The notes beneath the pieces are model-generated. The model did not search any database. It had not been told where the DNA came from and worked only from the letters and a program-made list of their open reading frames with translations. The position numbers and the translations under genes were made by a program. Shown one piece after another: positions 24,956 through 38,600 of a stretch of DNA of 64,000 nt. Each line of letters opens with the position of its first letter. Position 1 is the stretch's first letter. Source of the DNA: Raillietiella orientalis (lineage: Eukaryota); the NCBI GenBank assembly GCA_036172245.1, contig JAYWIR010000012.1, positions 3,782,001 to 3,846,000 of the forward strand, in the 5' to 3' direction.

Positions 24956-25122
24956 GTGAAGAAATGTGCAACCGGAAGAGCGCATTTGAAGTTTCCCTTT
25001 TGGACGCTGACGGTAGATTGAGAAACCCGAGATACGAGGACCGTTTTGTTCAAGGAATCCAACAGGGTTTCCAGCGTTTCAATAGACTGATGTCTGCAAG
25101 ACATTCTCCAGGACGCAAATGA
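24956..25122 (+). CDS. Candidate terminal exon of the precursor, ending in Gly-Arg-Lys-stop
   Basis: EEMCNRKSAFEVSLLDADGRLRNPRYEDRFVQGIQQGFQRFNRLMSARHSPGRK*; the exact acceptor is unresolved (24909, 24938 or 24955). Confidence 0.35.
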
Positions 25123-28100
25123 GAGCATCTGAGCTCCTGTGAATAACTGGATTCAGGTTCCAGACGAGAAAAAAGCTGCAGACACCTAAAGCAATGAAAA
25201 TGCCTTGAATTGTGATCCAGAAGTTGAGAAATGCCCTTTGAGCATCTGTATTGTATCCGTACAAATACTGGAGTCGGTAAGCATGCAAGGTTGGTAACTG
25301 AATTTCTGTGTGACTAAAGTTCTGGCCCTCTTTGGTTCGAGTGCTTGCTGCTTCGGGATGGCTATGACTACAAAGGAAATAAAATTCATATTCCTTAATT
25401 TCACAATTACAAAATCTCAGTTTGTTCCAAATCTCAGCAGCTATTATTTTGAGATGCATTCCGTGCTCCCTGAAACCGTAACAACTGGTGGCTGTTAAAT
25501 AGTTGAATGAAATCAGTGTTCAATAGTTTCTACGTTTCATATCCCTAAAACTTCGTAATATAGCATTTATGAAACGTGCATTTCCTAGAGGCAGTCCCGA
25601 TTACATTAAGTGGGAAGAATGAGTCAATTGAAAGATTTTGAATGAGGTTCTTACATGAGAAATTAGAATAAAAAAAATGACGAACTAGTGGATGAACAGA
25701 TGACATCCAAAACGTATTTAGGTTTTCTTTAAACTCACGTTTGGAAAGGAATATAAAGTTTCCTGAAACTCTTTACTCTTTGATGAAAGGAAGGAAGGAC
25801 AAAAAAAATTGGTAAAGCTTTTCTTGGAAGCTCTTCTAGCCTTGAATGAACAAATAAAAAGTTCAAAGAGAGTAGAAAACAATCATGGAATACGTCGGAT
25901 GTAAAATCTGAATTTTGACCTTTTTAAAAAAGGCATAGGAATGCTTGCGACTTTAGCCTTTTTACTGTTTAGTTCATAGCTTTTCTCATAGCTTTCTTCA
26001 TCTAGACGTGCACTCATATGTTCATGGGAAAGAATTGTTTCTGCTCTTCAAATTTTTATTCATGGCAAGGCAACTGCAAATTAGGTGTAATGAAAAACGA
26101 TGTTTGCAGACGCAGTATTCCTACCAAATAGAAATAAAAAGAAAACATTCCAAGAGCATGCGAATCTATATATTTAAGTTAATGAGCATAGTTTGCTCAT
26201 ACCTTCGCATTTTTCTAATGAGAAACTAATCGGTCCCATAATTGCAGAATCGTCTAGCGAGTCACATCGATGATTTTGAGGACAAATGAAATTTTTTCTT
26301 TTGTGAATGGGTAGGCTTGGAATCCGAATACTGGTGTGCATTCCGTATGCCGAGGGAGTTTCATTGACAAATTTACAAACAGAATGTACAACCCATAAGA
26401 ATGAGATTATTAATATGATTTGGAGATTGGTTTGCTTGGTTTCATATTAGTTGTATACGTTTTTCAAAGTCACTTTCCCAGAGTATCAATATGTGATAAT
26501 GAAAGCCCATCTTTTAACAAAATTATGGTAAGTAGTGATTTTGGTTTGCATATTTTGGTTTGTGCTTTCCAGGATTTGTTTTCTAAAGTCCTGTTTGCAT
26601 GCCATTGTTGAGGTTGTTTGCACGAAGTGAGCAGTTTGTGAAATAGTTTGTACGTTTAAAGTGCACAACGAAATGTCGCATGTGTCGTGAAAAAACTGTC
26701 TAAAGTGATCTAAACTGTCTAAACTATCTAAGTCTCGAAGCCCTAAATTATTTACAGGGACATTTCTTTACCTCTAAAACAAATTTCCCGTGGAAAACTG
26801 TCGTATGGCATCAGGATTTCACAAGTAAAAATTGGTCTTTCATCCTTATGTTGGTTGGTGTCGTAGTTTTCCTTGATTTGCCTGGGTCATTTCAGTAATA
26901 TGTATTTAGTATATATATTGTTTTTAAAAGCAAATGTAGTGATGTATTCATCATTAGTTCTGTGTGTTCTGAGCGTTAGTGCTGTTTCTGATTTAGATAC
27001 ATTTTATGGTGACCCAATGGCTCATCTCATAGGATTTTATGCTGAAATTGATTGCTTTATTTAATGCAAAATTCAATTGGATGTGTTTTTTACTAAGTCG
27101 ATCCCACATCCCCTTATAGTGATTGAAATCGAAATCATTGGAATCTTCTCCTTTTTATAACATGTTTATAGTTCGAATTGAAAGTGGTTAAGAATTTAGA
27201 AAAGAAGGATTCCTCAATGTAATGTAAATTGTGTCAAAAGGTGTTGTTTTTTTCGTTTTTCTCCTTTTCCAGCAAATATTGTTACCATTACAAAAAAACA
27301 TATATTGGATTTGGAGCATGCACAAAAGTTGCATTTAGTCAGATCTTGATTATCAAAGCAACTTTGACAGTCATGTGAATCATTATGTTAGCGTTTGTAG
27401 ACTTTAGTTTATAGTTTTTTGTGGAGCACTTTTGGTTCGGCCTTCTTACGGAGCCCGATTTAATTAAAACTTTGGCAATTTAAGATTTAGAATTAAATTT
27501 CCAGAATACAGTTATTGGTGTGTTTAATGCTTTCATTAAGAATCAGTTGCTATAAAGGATTATGAATATTTATCCCATTGGAAAAGTAAAAGCATTGTTA
27601 AGTCTCCTAGAATTTGAAAAGCTTATTTAATCATATTGCTTAAGTTTTCTTTCAATTTAGGGATGATTCTGTTCTACTTTGATGTACTAAAATTTGATTG
27701 CATGGTGGGAATTTTGCAATTATGTTCCTTTATTACTAAATCATGTGTATTCATAATAATCCCATCAAAACATAATACATCTGAAGAATCTGTGTTAATA
27801 CTTTTGCTTTTCTAATAAAGGGAGTTACCAAATCCGAGGTGTTCCATTGGATAGCAATAGCTATTGATAACTCATTCATTTACTCAGTATAGGGGAAATT
27901 TTTTGAAGCACTTAATGATTCAAGTCGAGTTGATAAAGTAAGACACATAATAAGTTGAACTGTTATTGGTAAAATAGCACATAAGCATTAAGTTATTGAA
28001 TGTATTCATATCATTCCCAGTAACTTGTTTTATTTCCGATGATATTTTAAATTTTGCACACATCCTGAATCAGAAGAATCTCTTTATTAACTCTAGACTG

Positions 28101-29649
28101 AGAAGGACAACCAATGCAGTAATTGTTGCTTGCTTACAAAGTCCCTCTGTATCTTGGGTTAACAAATTAAAATAACAAACCATAAATTCATTCGGTGGTT
28201 TTGCATAACACTTTTCACTGCTGATTTGGTGTATCCACAACTTTCAAGTTTGTTATTAATTTATAGCAAAATGATTTAGTCATTGCTGCCAGTTAATTTT
28301 TAGTTACAGGTATGCTCCATACTCAGATACATAAATGTGAATGTGCTTTTCCAAAACATGCATTCCATCTCTCAAGATACATAATTTCCTGGTGGTAAAC
28401 TATTTAAAATCATAGACATTTTTGATATTTTAGAATTATTCGTCATAATTCATGTGCAAAAACTTTTTACTATGAATTTTTTAGTTAAGCAGCGTTTCTT
28501 TGTTGTAAAAATTGATAATGGAAATTGATTGATTTTGCCATAATATGCAGTCCCATTAGCTAGTTTCAAATACTTATGATATAAGAAGTCAACTAATGCA
28601 AATGTTTTTTGCATGTGATGATTTATTTGTAAGATGCCTTTGGGAAACTTTGTAAAGTATTTACAGAGTTTTGCAAACTTTGCAAAGTATGTGTTTAGAG
28701 CATTTGCAAAGGATCTTAAGTGTTTGAAAGGTTCAACTTTTATTGTTCTTCACCACTGTTTCATTGATAAGTAAATATGGACACTTTCAATCCATAGGGA
28801 TGTTCAGACATTTATTCATGTTCAAGAATAGGATTTTCTTTTCCCGGTTGAGATTAATTTTAGATTATAGGGGCATAAATTAAAGAATATTTCATCATTG
28901 CTTGGAGGGTTTTTTTCTCTCTCTCTCATAGAAAGAATTTATTTCTTCATAGAAAGGGTTTGCCCCTCGCAGAAGCTTAATATCTCCTTTGTTAATGCAA
29001 TTTCAGCATGAATTTGTACTACGGGAATTACTTTAGAATGAGGTTTACTGTCGCTTTTCTTGCAAGGTCTGCTGTATGTATTGCCTGACTTTTTGTATTA
29101 TAATCCGCATTTGTTATTCACTCTTGTTCGTACACATGCAGACCTCGTTCATACCGTGATTATTTTGCTTCCCCCCCCCCCCTACTGTTTTTGAGCATCA
29201 TATATAGTACGTATTTTTAAGAATTTTCGATTTATCTATGGGAATACTGAAATGGGTTTGTATGAATTGAAGTTGGTTGGTTGTCTTTGGCACTTAATAT
29301 ACAATAGTATGTGCTTAAACGTATATTACTGATTTCGAAAGTACTAGACGGTTTTCTCATTACAAAAATGAGATAAGTGTATTAAACACAAACACTTTTA
29401 TAAATAAAGTATGAGTGCGGATCTGTCGACAAAACGCAAGTGGACCCACTAAATGTCCATCATTAACATTCCTATCTGTTAGGTAGCAGGTCGATCAAAA
29501 CTAATGGTAGGAATTTTGAGTCCTTTGGTGGTTCACCATTTTGAAATTTATTTGGAACAAGCTGACAGGAGTGTCTGCTGGCTGGCCATTGAAGTTTCAT
29601 GTGATTATAGTGTTAATCCTTCGTTGAAGATGCACTGCGAAACTATAAA

Positions 29650-29900
29650 GTGATACTAAAAATTGGCGAAAAAGTAATTAATTACGGCACTTTACTATGG
29701 AGTTCACATGCTATCCTGGTTTCGAAACGAAGCCGTTTTCGAGGGAAACTCAGAAAATCCCGATTCCTCTCACAAGGAAGTTCAAATTTCAAGAGTTACA
29801 AATCGATATCATCTGAATCCTAGATTATCAGTTTGGCGCGGTTCAGGAGGAAGATGACTAATTAATCATCAAAAGTTTGCACCGTCTGTTTCGTTTACTT
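29650..29900. promoter_or_regulatory. Possible promoter region upstream of trio
   Basis: Shift from CpG-poor AT-rich to CpG-containing DNA; DRE-like AATCGATA at 29801 and E2F-like TTTGGCGC at 29832; short motifs that could arise by chance. Confidence 0.2.
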
Positions 29901-32465
29901 GGCTCTCGCAATATTTGATAAGTGACGGTGTATTTGATATATTTGGCAGATTTCTGTACGAAACAGCTCTTCGGTATATTTTGCACCCATTTTTTAGCAC
30001 CCAAAAGCCACACAGCAGAAATTATTGCCTTCTGAACAACCTCCCCCCTTCTGCAATGCCAATGTCGAGCGCCCCGCTATTACGAATGAGAGAGTCCACG
30101 GCAAAGTGGTAAACCCAGTTTCATACCGATTCAGTGTTTTCGCAGTTGCAAATGCCCAAATCATCCAGAGCATAGATTTCTGTTGGAATAGGAAAGCAAG
30201 AAGGTTATTTAACTGCATTTCTCTTTTCGATGCATGACAAGCGCCAGTGGGGAATTTCTCGGTTACACCAATCTGTCTGATTCGAGTGCTGAAGGCAGTG
30301 GAGTCAGCTGCCACGTTTCAAGAAGTCTTCTGCGCGCCGTGAAACCTTGGCTGGAATTGGAAATTTCCACATGCGCCGTTGCCACTTCTGTGGTAAACCG
30401 TGCAAGATGGTCGCAGTCTTGATAGCCGTTGTTGCCACGTTATTCTTATGTAATCGAAACAAGCCACAGTCGGTGGAAGTTGGTAATTCATTGATGACAA
30501 AGTAGTCAGCAGGCCACTTTGCTTCATGGCCCTCAACAGCCCTCGTTTCTTGCAGGAACCCACGTGTATCGGCTTGCGATGCCTTACCGGAAAAAATGGA
30601 AGGTGTACGTGTATGTCCAAATCAGAAGTGCGGCTATCAGTTCTCATTTATCATTTTTGTGGTGTCGTATCGCCAAGTGTCCGTTTTGTTATCAAAGAAT
30701 GGAAAAATAATGCACAATAAAGCAATGCAAAACATCAAAAAAAAATATTCGATGGTGCATGTGACATTTTGAAGGTGGTATGTGTACAGTAGATTTGTAT
30801 TCCACACTGTTAATGAAGTTAAAAGGACACTCTGTAGAAGTAAATTCAGGTTTCCCTGTTACTGATGTTTATTGTCCCGTGCGACCAGCCGTTGCGGTAA
30901 TCTGATTTAATCTTCAAAGCCTGAAGCCAGCTAAAAGAAGAAGAAATTACTGTTGGTTGAAGGTCCGCGATGATGCAGAACGTGTTTGACAAAGAAATCG
31001 AACCTCTCTGCTCCAGAATATAACGGAAGATGCTGTGGACTCGTAATTGGATTTCTTCTTGTAGATGCTTTTGAACTTTTGCTCGGAATTTACACATCGT
31101 GCTGCAGGTGGTGTGTCGAAAGACGTTTCCACGGACCGCCCCTTTTATTAGGAACGGGTTTCCTGAAGACCATGTTGTTGGTGTAATACATTTGCACTGT
31201 GTTCCTTGCCAGAAGAAGTCTTTGCCACGAAATTAAAATATGGAATCGGGCAGTTATTTGATTACCAGGGTTAGCGTCGCCCTCCACGTCGTAAATCTGT
31301 CCTTCAAGGAAATGGGAATCGCAGTATGCACGAAACAGCCCTTTGACGTTTTCGGCAGTAATTAAAATGAAATTAACGTGCCAAAGTGTTGGTTTGTGTT
31401 TGGAATCTTCCTTTCTTCTTCTTCTTCTAATGGATCACCCTGTGCAAATTATCGCATTCTTCGAACGTCCATCATCCTCGCGCAGCAGCAGCAGCGTTTT
31501 CCAGCAGCATTAGAAAAATTTGCGGTCACACGCTTGTTTTGATAACCGGTGTGATTCTTAATGAATTCTTTATCCGGACGCAAAGTCCGTGTGTCTTTTT
31601 TGCCACGAGTGGAATTTTCGCCCTAATCAGCAGCGCATTCATTACATTAGCCGACTTCGTTGCTTGTGGTTTTTCTTCCGACGTTGTCTTGTGGTGACGG
31701 TGGGAATCGGCGATCCCGTTGTCCACGGCCAAGTGAAGTGTCGGTGTGCTTCCTGGAGGAAGTGGGTCCCCGCGTTTCACTATGCAAATTTTTTTTTTTT
31801 TTTTCCCCCTGTTTGTTCTCATGGTTCGTCTTGTCTTTCGGAGTATTGACGTCGAGCGTCGAAGAACGGCCAGGGCCACATCAAACGCTGGAAGAGCTGA
31901 TTTCCAAGGATTTATCGCTTGGACTTTGTCGTGTGTTAGTGTTTTGCTCGCCCTAATCCCTTTGTTTTTGCAAGGGAGAAAAAGTCAGCAGAATCAGTTG
32001 AGCGAGTGTAGCATGAAATGAATTTCATTTCTCATGCTTTTTGGCTCATCTCTGCTCTTGTCAAAGTAACGTAAGATTCGTGTTTTTTTTTAATATGTGC
32101 TGCTCTTGGAAACCAGTACTGGTTCCATAGATTGGATGGCGTAGAAAGACTGTTGCTTCGTTGGAGCGTGAGTTTGGATGTACTGTCCAAATGAGTTGTA
32201 TACGTATTGTCGCGATTTTGTTTCTTCCTGAAGGTGCTTGTATTCTGTGGTGTCGATACGGAAGGGACTTCTTCCTTCTTGTCAAGTTGGGGAAATAATT
32301 CATTCCCATCGATTGTAAACACTTTCATTGCTGATCTTGTGTTGAAAAATTTGCTTCAGATAAATGGAAATTCGAAGAATACCTTAGGACAGCTTACCTG
32401 GATGCCTAGTCACCGTACACTGTGTATAACGGAATCTCTGGTCAATGTTGAAAACTGTGAAAAAG

Positions 32466-32644
32466 ATGGATGCTCCAAGTGCAGTGGATATTTTGCCTCT
32501 GTTGTCTCAAAAGCTAGCCATATTAACTGGTGGGAGGGACCGGCGAGGCTGCCCGATTATAACGTTTCCTTCCAATAAAAGCAGAGAAAAAACTTCATGC
32601 GAGGATGTACGGAAACTTTTGTACTACCTGATTTCCGTAACGTG
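32466..32644 (+). CDS. trio: Trio exon 1 (start of SEC14/CRAL-TRIO domain)
   Basis: [35 protein letters not shown]...YLISVT; GTAAGT donor at 32645, phase 2. Confidence 0.93.
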
Positions 32645-35600
32645 GTAAGTGACCTCTCGACAGACATCTCTTCTCCCCCCCCCCACCAGAGATCGCCGTG
32701 AAGAGGGGGCAGCAAAAAGCTGCAGATGAGCGCGTCGGTTTCACCTTCCGCGAGCGCTTGCGAACAAAAAACAAAACAAAACGAAAACAACAACAACAAC
32801 AACGTTTTCCGTCTCGTGGCCTCGTGCGATGAAAGTTCACGAGCTCCGTTTCCGGTTTCATGTTAAAGAGTATGTGGTCATTCTGCCCCGATTAATCTTC
32901 ACGGTTGTGCACCAACCCAATAAACGTCGCGTGGCCGCGCAATTGGTGTTTCGTTGGGCAAGTATATAGCGTGTGTTCCTGTGTTGATACTGGTCTTCCC
33001 CTCCCCTCCCCTCCCCCCCGTACTTGGACGACGTTCTTCGAAGTTTAGCCAAACAAGTGATTCCCTAATGGTATTGTCGAATTAGGAAGATGAAAGATGA
33101 ATGGACTGATCTCATTTCATCGTTATCATCGGTTTGTGGAGAAGATTACCTTTTTGTGAATTTTATTTCTTGAAAGGTCTAGTAGTTGACAAGGGTACCC
33201 ACGGGAAGGCTTTTTGTGTTAACGTTCTGCTGAATGCGTCGTCGAGGCTATTTATTACCGTTTTTTCTTCTTCTTCAGTCTTCGTGAATAACTAATGCTT
33301 GGACGTAGTTCTTTTTGATTTTTGCTTTGGTTGGTATGCCTGCTTGTTGTGTGGGATGATTCCTGATTCTTTCGGCTCCCCCCCCGGAAGAAGAAGTAAT
33401 CTCGTGAGCGTAAACACTGTGGTTGTGAGTTTGAATTATGCATCAACAGCGTTTCTGCGGACCCCGTCATCGTCATTTCGTGGACTTTTTTTTTTTTTTT
33501 TGCCGTTTGGAGTGCTCGCTGCAGTGGCCGTGTTTTCATTGGTCTTTTTACGACCGTGGCAGGAACACGGCAGTGTTGTTAGAAAAGCTGCAATTCGCAC
33601 GTTCCTGCGCAGTGCATGGGTTCGGAGTCTGCGGCTGGGGTTTGTTTGCAGAGGGTGTTGTTATTTTATGTATTGCCGTGAAAATCATTGATACCCTTTT
33701 ATGCAGCGAAAGTTTGCGCAGTCTCGCAAACCCGTGAGATCTCGTCTGTATCCCGCGTGCTATCTTTCCTCGGTAGCAGTAGGTTCAATGCAAAATGGAA
33801 AAGAAGAAGAATAAAAAAAAAAAAAAAAAAAAAAATTCGTTGCCGTTTCGCGAGCAAGTGTGACGAGAAACTGCACGTTTCTGATGAGAACTTACACTGA
33901 TTGATGATTTCCAGAATTTTCTAAATTATATGGAGTAGCGACATGACCATCATGGGAAAACCCACTGCAACGCTTCTTTTGAATTTTCTTCCCCCTTGGC
34001 AAACGGGTTATCGCGTCGTATTGAGAATGCCTTCGTGGTAATGAAATGTGATTGATCTCCTCACGAGCTAGTTGTAATCATTTCAGTCAACTATCTCCTC
34101 GTTAAGTATTTAAATTGCCTGTCAGACTCGCGAAGGAGTCGAGTGTTTCAGCCACTTCCTTGCTCGTGCCGGCGGACGAAACATCCGAGGTGTGCGGATG
34201 GATGCTGCTGTGTGAAAATCATTTCTAACGCTTTACTCGACGGCAGGGTTGTTCTGATATTAACATCCAACCATTAAAAGGTTTTTTCTTCTTCATCTTC
34301 TTCTTCTTCCTTCCCCCCCCCCCCCACATTATGGCGTTCTGTAAAAAGTAACCTTCATCGATAATTGCATTCGTGAGCATATACATGGCTGCATGCTCTT
34401 GTAAGTCTGCCTTATCACCGTACAGCATAATAAATTACCTGGTATTGCACTGTTAAATCCCTAATTCAGACATGTGCGCGTAGTTACAGAAATTAAAGGG
34501 TTGTATTCTCCAAAAGAGTCGGAATTGTGCTGAGTACGTAGCTTACAATACGTAGGTAAAGTTGGGTCTCGAATTTGTATTCATCGCCGTCCGTGGGTTA
34601 GCTTCATCGTGTGTTGTAATTTCCATCCGACGGAAACCTATTGACTCGTTCCCCAAAGATGAAGTATCAGATTTAAGAATCCACTTGCACGCTCCCGCCT
34701 GCAGATCTTTCCGTAATTGTATGCTTTTTCTGGACGGATGATAAGCTCCGGTCATTTTTAGTGTTGCGTGCCTTTTTTTTTGAACGACGTGGTCAGCAGC
34801 TGCGTCTTTCTTTTGCTGGTCTTTATTGCCCAGATACAACCTCATGTACATAGATCGCTAAAATGTGCACTCGGTTTGTGTTGCGCGTTTTATTTCATAA
34901 AATTGTATATTCATGACTAATGGGACTGCAAGAGGGCACAGGGAGAGAGAGAGAGAATTTTTTTTTTTTCCTGTTTTCCCCTGCTTCTGTGGGTTTGGTC
35001 TCCAGGATCTGAAAATAGACGAAGATCAAGCAAGCATTCCGCCAGGAAACGTTGCCTCATCAGTGGAACTTCTTTTCGAAATCACGGGCAATAGCTGACC
35101 GGCGTCAGTAAGGCAGAACTTCCGACTCTGCTGTTGAAATTTTCTTCGACGGTGGGGCTATTTGAGGTCCGCTGTCGTGTACAGTACAAGCTGGCAGTTG
35201 CCTCGTTTTCTTGGTCGAATCCGTCTCCCAGAAAATTTTCTGCTGGAGTGTGGCGTGGTGACGAATTCTCGCTGCAAGAACCGCTCTTGCTGTTCCTCTT
35301 CGGTTTGATGATCCGATTTTCCAGATCTCCTCCCTAGACCCAAACTTTCTTCCACATGTTGTTCGTTTACGTGGATTGAGCGCCATCACTGTGCTCATGT
35401 TTTTCGCTTTCCTCCGACACTACCGAAAATACCGACCATCTCCCCGGACTGGGTCGAGGATGGTTTCGAGAAGTGCTTCGAGCGTGCACACTTCATGTTT
35501 TCCCTTAATTCAGCACATCTTTATGGCTTGCATCGTTTTCGCGAGTCGGTGTTGATTCAAAGGAGTGTTGATTTGTGCAGATTCCAAGAAGCATGGTGGG

Positions 35601-38600
35601 TGGTTCACGATCCCACCATGCGGTAAAAGCACAGAGTGTGAAGAGCATCTGTGGAAGGCGTTCTCTAAAAGTACGCTTCTTGGCTGTGACATGCCACAGG
35701 TTTGCTCGCGTGTGCTGTTTTTAAGGGAAAGTGTTTTATGCTGCAATCGATCTCTGCTCGTTACACATTAACGTTCTGCTATCTGGGTTCGGAAACATCA
35801 CAAGTACACACACATAAAGTCCTTTACTGTCGGTTTCGAAATGCATTCCGTTCCAATGCACGTAGTGCATGAAATTTTGCAACTGTGGATCGCAGTCGCG
35901 TTTGTTTACATTCGAAGCTCCCATCAACTCTCGTGGATTGAGTGTGAATGATACCTAATGCCTTTGAAGCTATTGAAATGCGTGCCCGACTTGAGAGGAA
36001 CTCCAGCTGCAGCCTCCGAACCGAGACTGTTGCTTGAGAAGCAGGCCAAAAGTAAGTTTGCGTAGGAAGTCTTTGGATGCTCGTTGGGAATTTTTCAACA
36101 TTTTCCTCGTGGTCAGAATTTCATTTGCCGGAAACTTGGACAGTCCGCATCATATTGGAATGGAAAAGCTTTTTGCTTATCCCCAAAAATCGATGCGAAG
36201 GGGTAATGAGTGAAACGGAAGTGTCACGTACCGATTCCGATCTTTTCGAAGGAGGAGGTGACGAACTTCGTGTTTGGCTTTCGAGTTGTTTCGTGCTGGT
36301 TTATGGGACGTGGCGACAGCGCCCTTGATCCAGCGTTCCAGGTTTGCCGAAGAAGTACGAAAAGCTTCCTCGCGAAGTCGTGCACCACCGTTGGTTTAGC
36401 TTTGGGCCCTCGCAACACTTCTCAGAGGTTCGGAAAACCCGAAAGCCAAACTTTCTTGGGGTTATTAAATCCCCTTAACTTCTCCAGAAATGTCTCGGTT
36501 GTTGCTTCAATGCATTCCGTGCATTGAACTTTCCTGTGGGTTGCTTTTCAAATTATACTAAAGTGAGAGATCGGAATTACGTCGACTTCTTCGCCGGATT
36601 TGCGGGAACATGTAGACATCCTTTTCGATTGGAGAGCTGGTTTATGTGACTCAAAGTTGATGAGTCACAGTGAGTCGATTTCTTGAGCCAGTTTCCCCGA
36701 TCACCGGGACAGGTTCGGGATCGCAAATTCCAGTTGCATTTTTTCAGACTCAGCACATGACGTCAAAGATAATTGGGTAACACGAGAAGGAAGCATGGGC
36801 AGAATTCAGCTGCAAAATCGTTTGCGCCTTGGACAAATGCCTGCATAGACGAGCAACGTTTGATTCCTCGAATTCGAGGAAGACAAAAGATTCTTCTTAT
36901 CCGCGTTGCTTATGCTGCCGCCCTGCTTAACGCGCGAAACACACACACACACACACACACACACGCCACAAAGAAGGAAGTCGGCGTTCCGTCTTTCGTG
37001 ATTCCCATCTCTCTCATCGGAATTTCACCTGAAAACCCATGACAGGAATGAGCCTCGTAATCACATAAATGCGATGCAATTAGCGCCGAGTCGAAAAATT
37101 GAATGGTGAATATATACGATTCCTCATTATACACCAGCATTGGTGAGGATCTGCTGGAATCAGTGTAATAGCGGAAAAATCGACGGACATTCCCGTCTAA
37201 TTCAGTGCACTGCTCTCTTAAGAGAAATATGGATGGCATAGTTTTCGTTAAGTTCAACGCCTAAGTTTCATTCCCTGAAGTACCCTGTGTTTTTATGAAT
37301 GGTGGTTGTTCAGTTACTGTATTCTTTTTGAATAAAGGCGCGCCTTTCCTGAAAATCAGAATTTTGTTCTTCTTTCTTTTATTTGTCCTGGAGCACATCC
37401 AGTGAATCCTCTTGCCATGGAATAATTGGGCAAAGTTCATCCGGTACTTGCCAGCAAATCCATTTTTCCTCTTCGCTTTTCCCCTGATATCGTGAAATCG
37501 GAGTGCTGGTCTAGGGAAATCTATTCGGACCCGCCCTTCTAATTCGTGCACTTGGTGTTGCAAGTTTCTAGGACACTGGCCAGTACATCCATTATTAACT
37601 CTGGATGTTTATCAGCAAACTATTGCATTGAGCCAGAAGAGATTGAGCGACATACATGCGGATCGTTAGTGCAGTGTCCACCGGAGAGCTTCCTTCTCGG
37701 CATTTGCAAGTGCTTTCAAAGCGTCCTGCAATGTGAACCATCGTTCCGGTGTGGCCTGGTTCCGATTTTACTCCGGAGACCTCGTTTACCACTTGTAACG
37801 CAACCCATTCGTTTCCATTCAATGTTTCCCGTGGGCACGAGTCCTGCAAAACTGCGAACACGAGGGCGAATGCACCTTGGCTGAAGATTTTATGGGCACA
37901 TTCGCTGGAAAGGTGATTTCCATTTCCGAGTCCCGAGGATCGAGCCTTGCAGTCCTGAAAACCTCACCCGTCCTTTGCTGGTTTTCAGATGCGTGGTGGT
38001 GGTGGTGGTGTGGGCTCTTAGATTTCCTGCCGTCGAAGCGCATGTACATAGTTGCGTACGCTCACCCTCACGCGTACACTGGAAGAAGAATGCGCATTAC
38101 ATTACTCTGTTTCGTATGGAAATTATCCACTTGCATCCGGAGGCATCATTCTTGATGAATCGAATTGGGATTGTTAATTGGTTGCGAGAGTTTCGTTAAT
38201 TTTTGAAAATGAAAAATATTTTGCGGAGCGAATCTTTTTAAACCCGTAACGAAAATGCATTTGGATAAGTCAAGGGAAGAAGGGGGGAAGGGGATTTTTT
38301 CTTCTTCTTCCCATGCGCTGCAGGTTTCCTTTGTACGTGCATTATTGTACACATGATTTATGGATCCATTTTCATTATTGTTACATTAGGTGTATTTTCT
38401 GTGTATTTTGCAGTGGTAGAGCTCTCCTGCTGTTTGGTTTTATGTTTCTCCAGTAATCAGAGATTCCAAGTCTGTGCTGGGCATTCTTCTTTGGGTTTCT
38501 CTCAAGTAACTCACGACTGATAGCTCCGAATCGCATTTTAAGATTAGGTCATCAAGTTCCCTCCCCTATGTGTTCGAGTCGCATTCTCGTGTGCTCACTA

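Noticed and set aside
28640..28712. Repeated ctttgcaaag palindromes (and 10-mer repeats near 26694-26732) as CRISPR or MITE ends
   Set aside because: Too short and irregular, no spacers or target-site duplication, and the context is eukaryotic
35958..36051. Alternative Trio first exon ([14 protein letters not shown]... before a GTAAGT donor)
   Set aside because: The donor is phase 1 whereas exon 2 needs phase 2, and the phase-2 frame contains a stop; it could still be a non-coding exon
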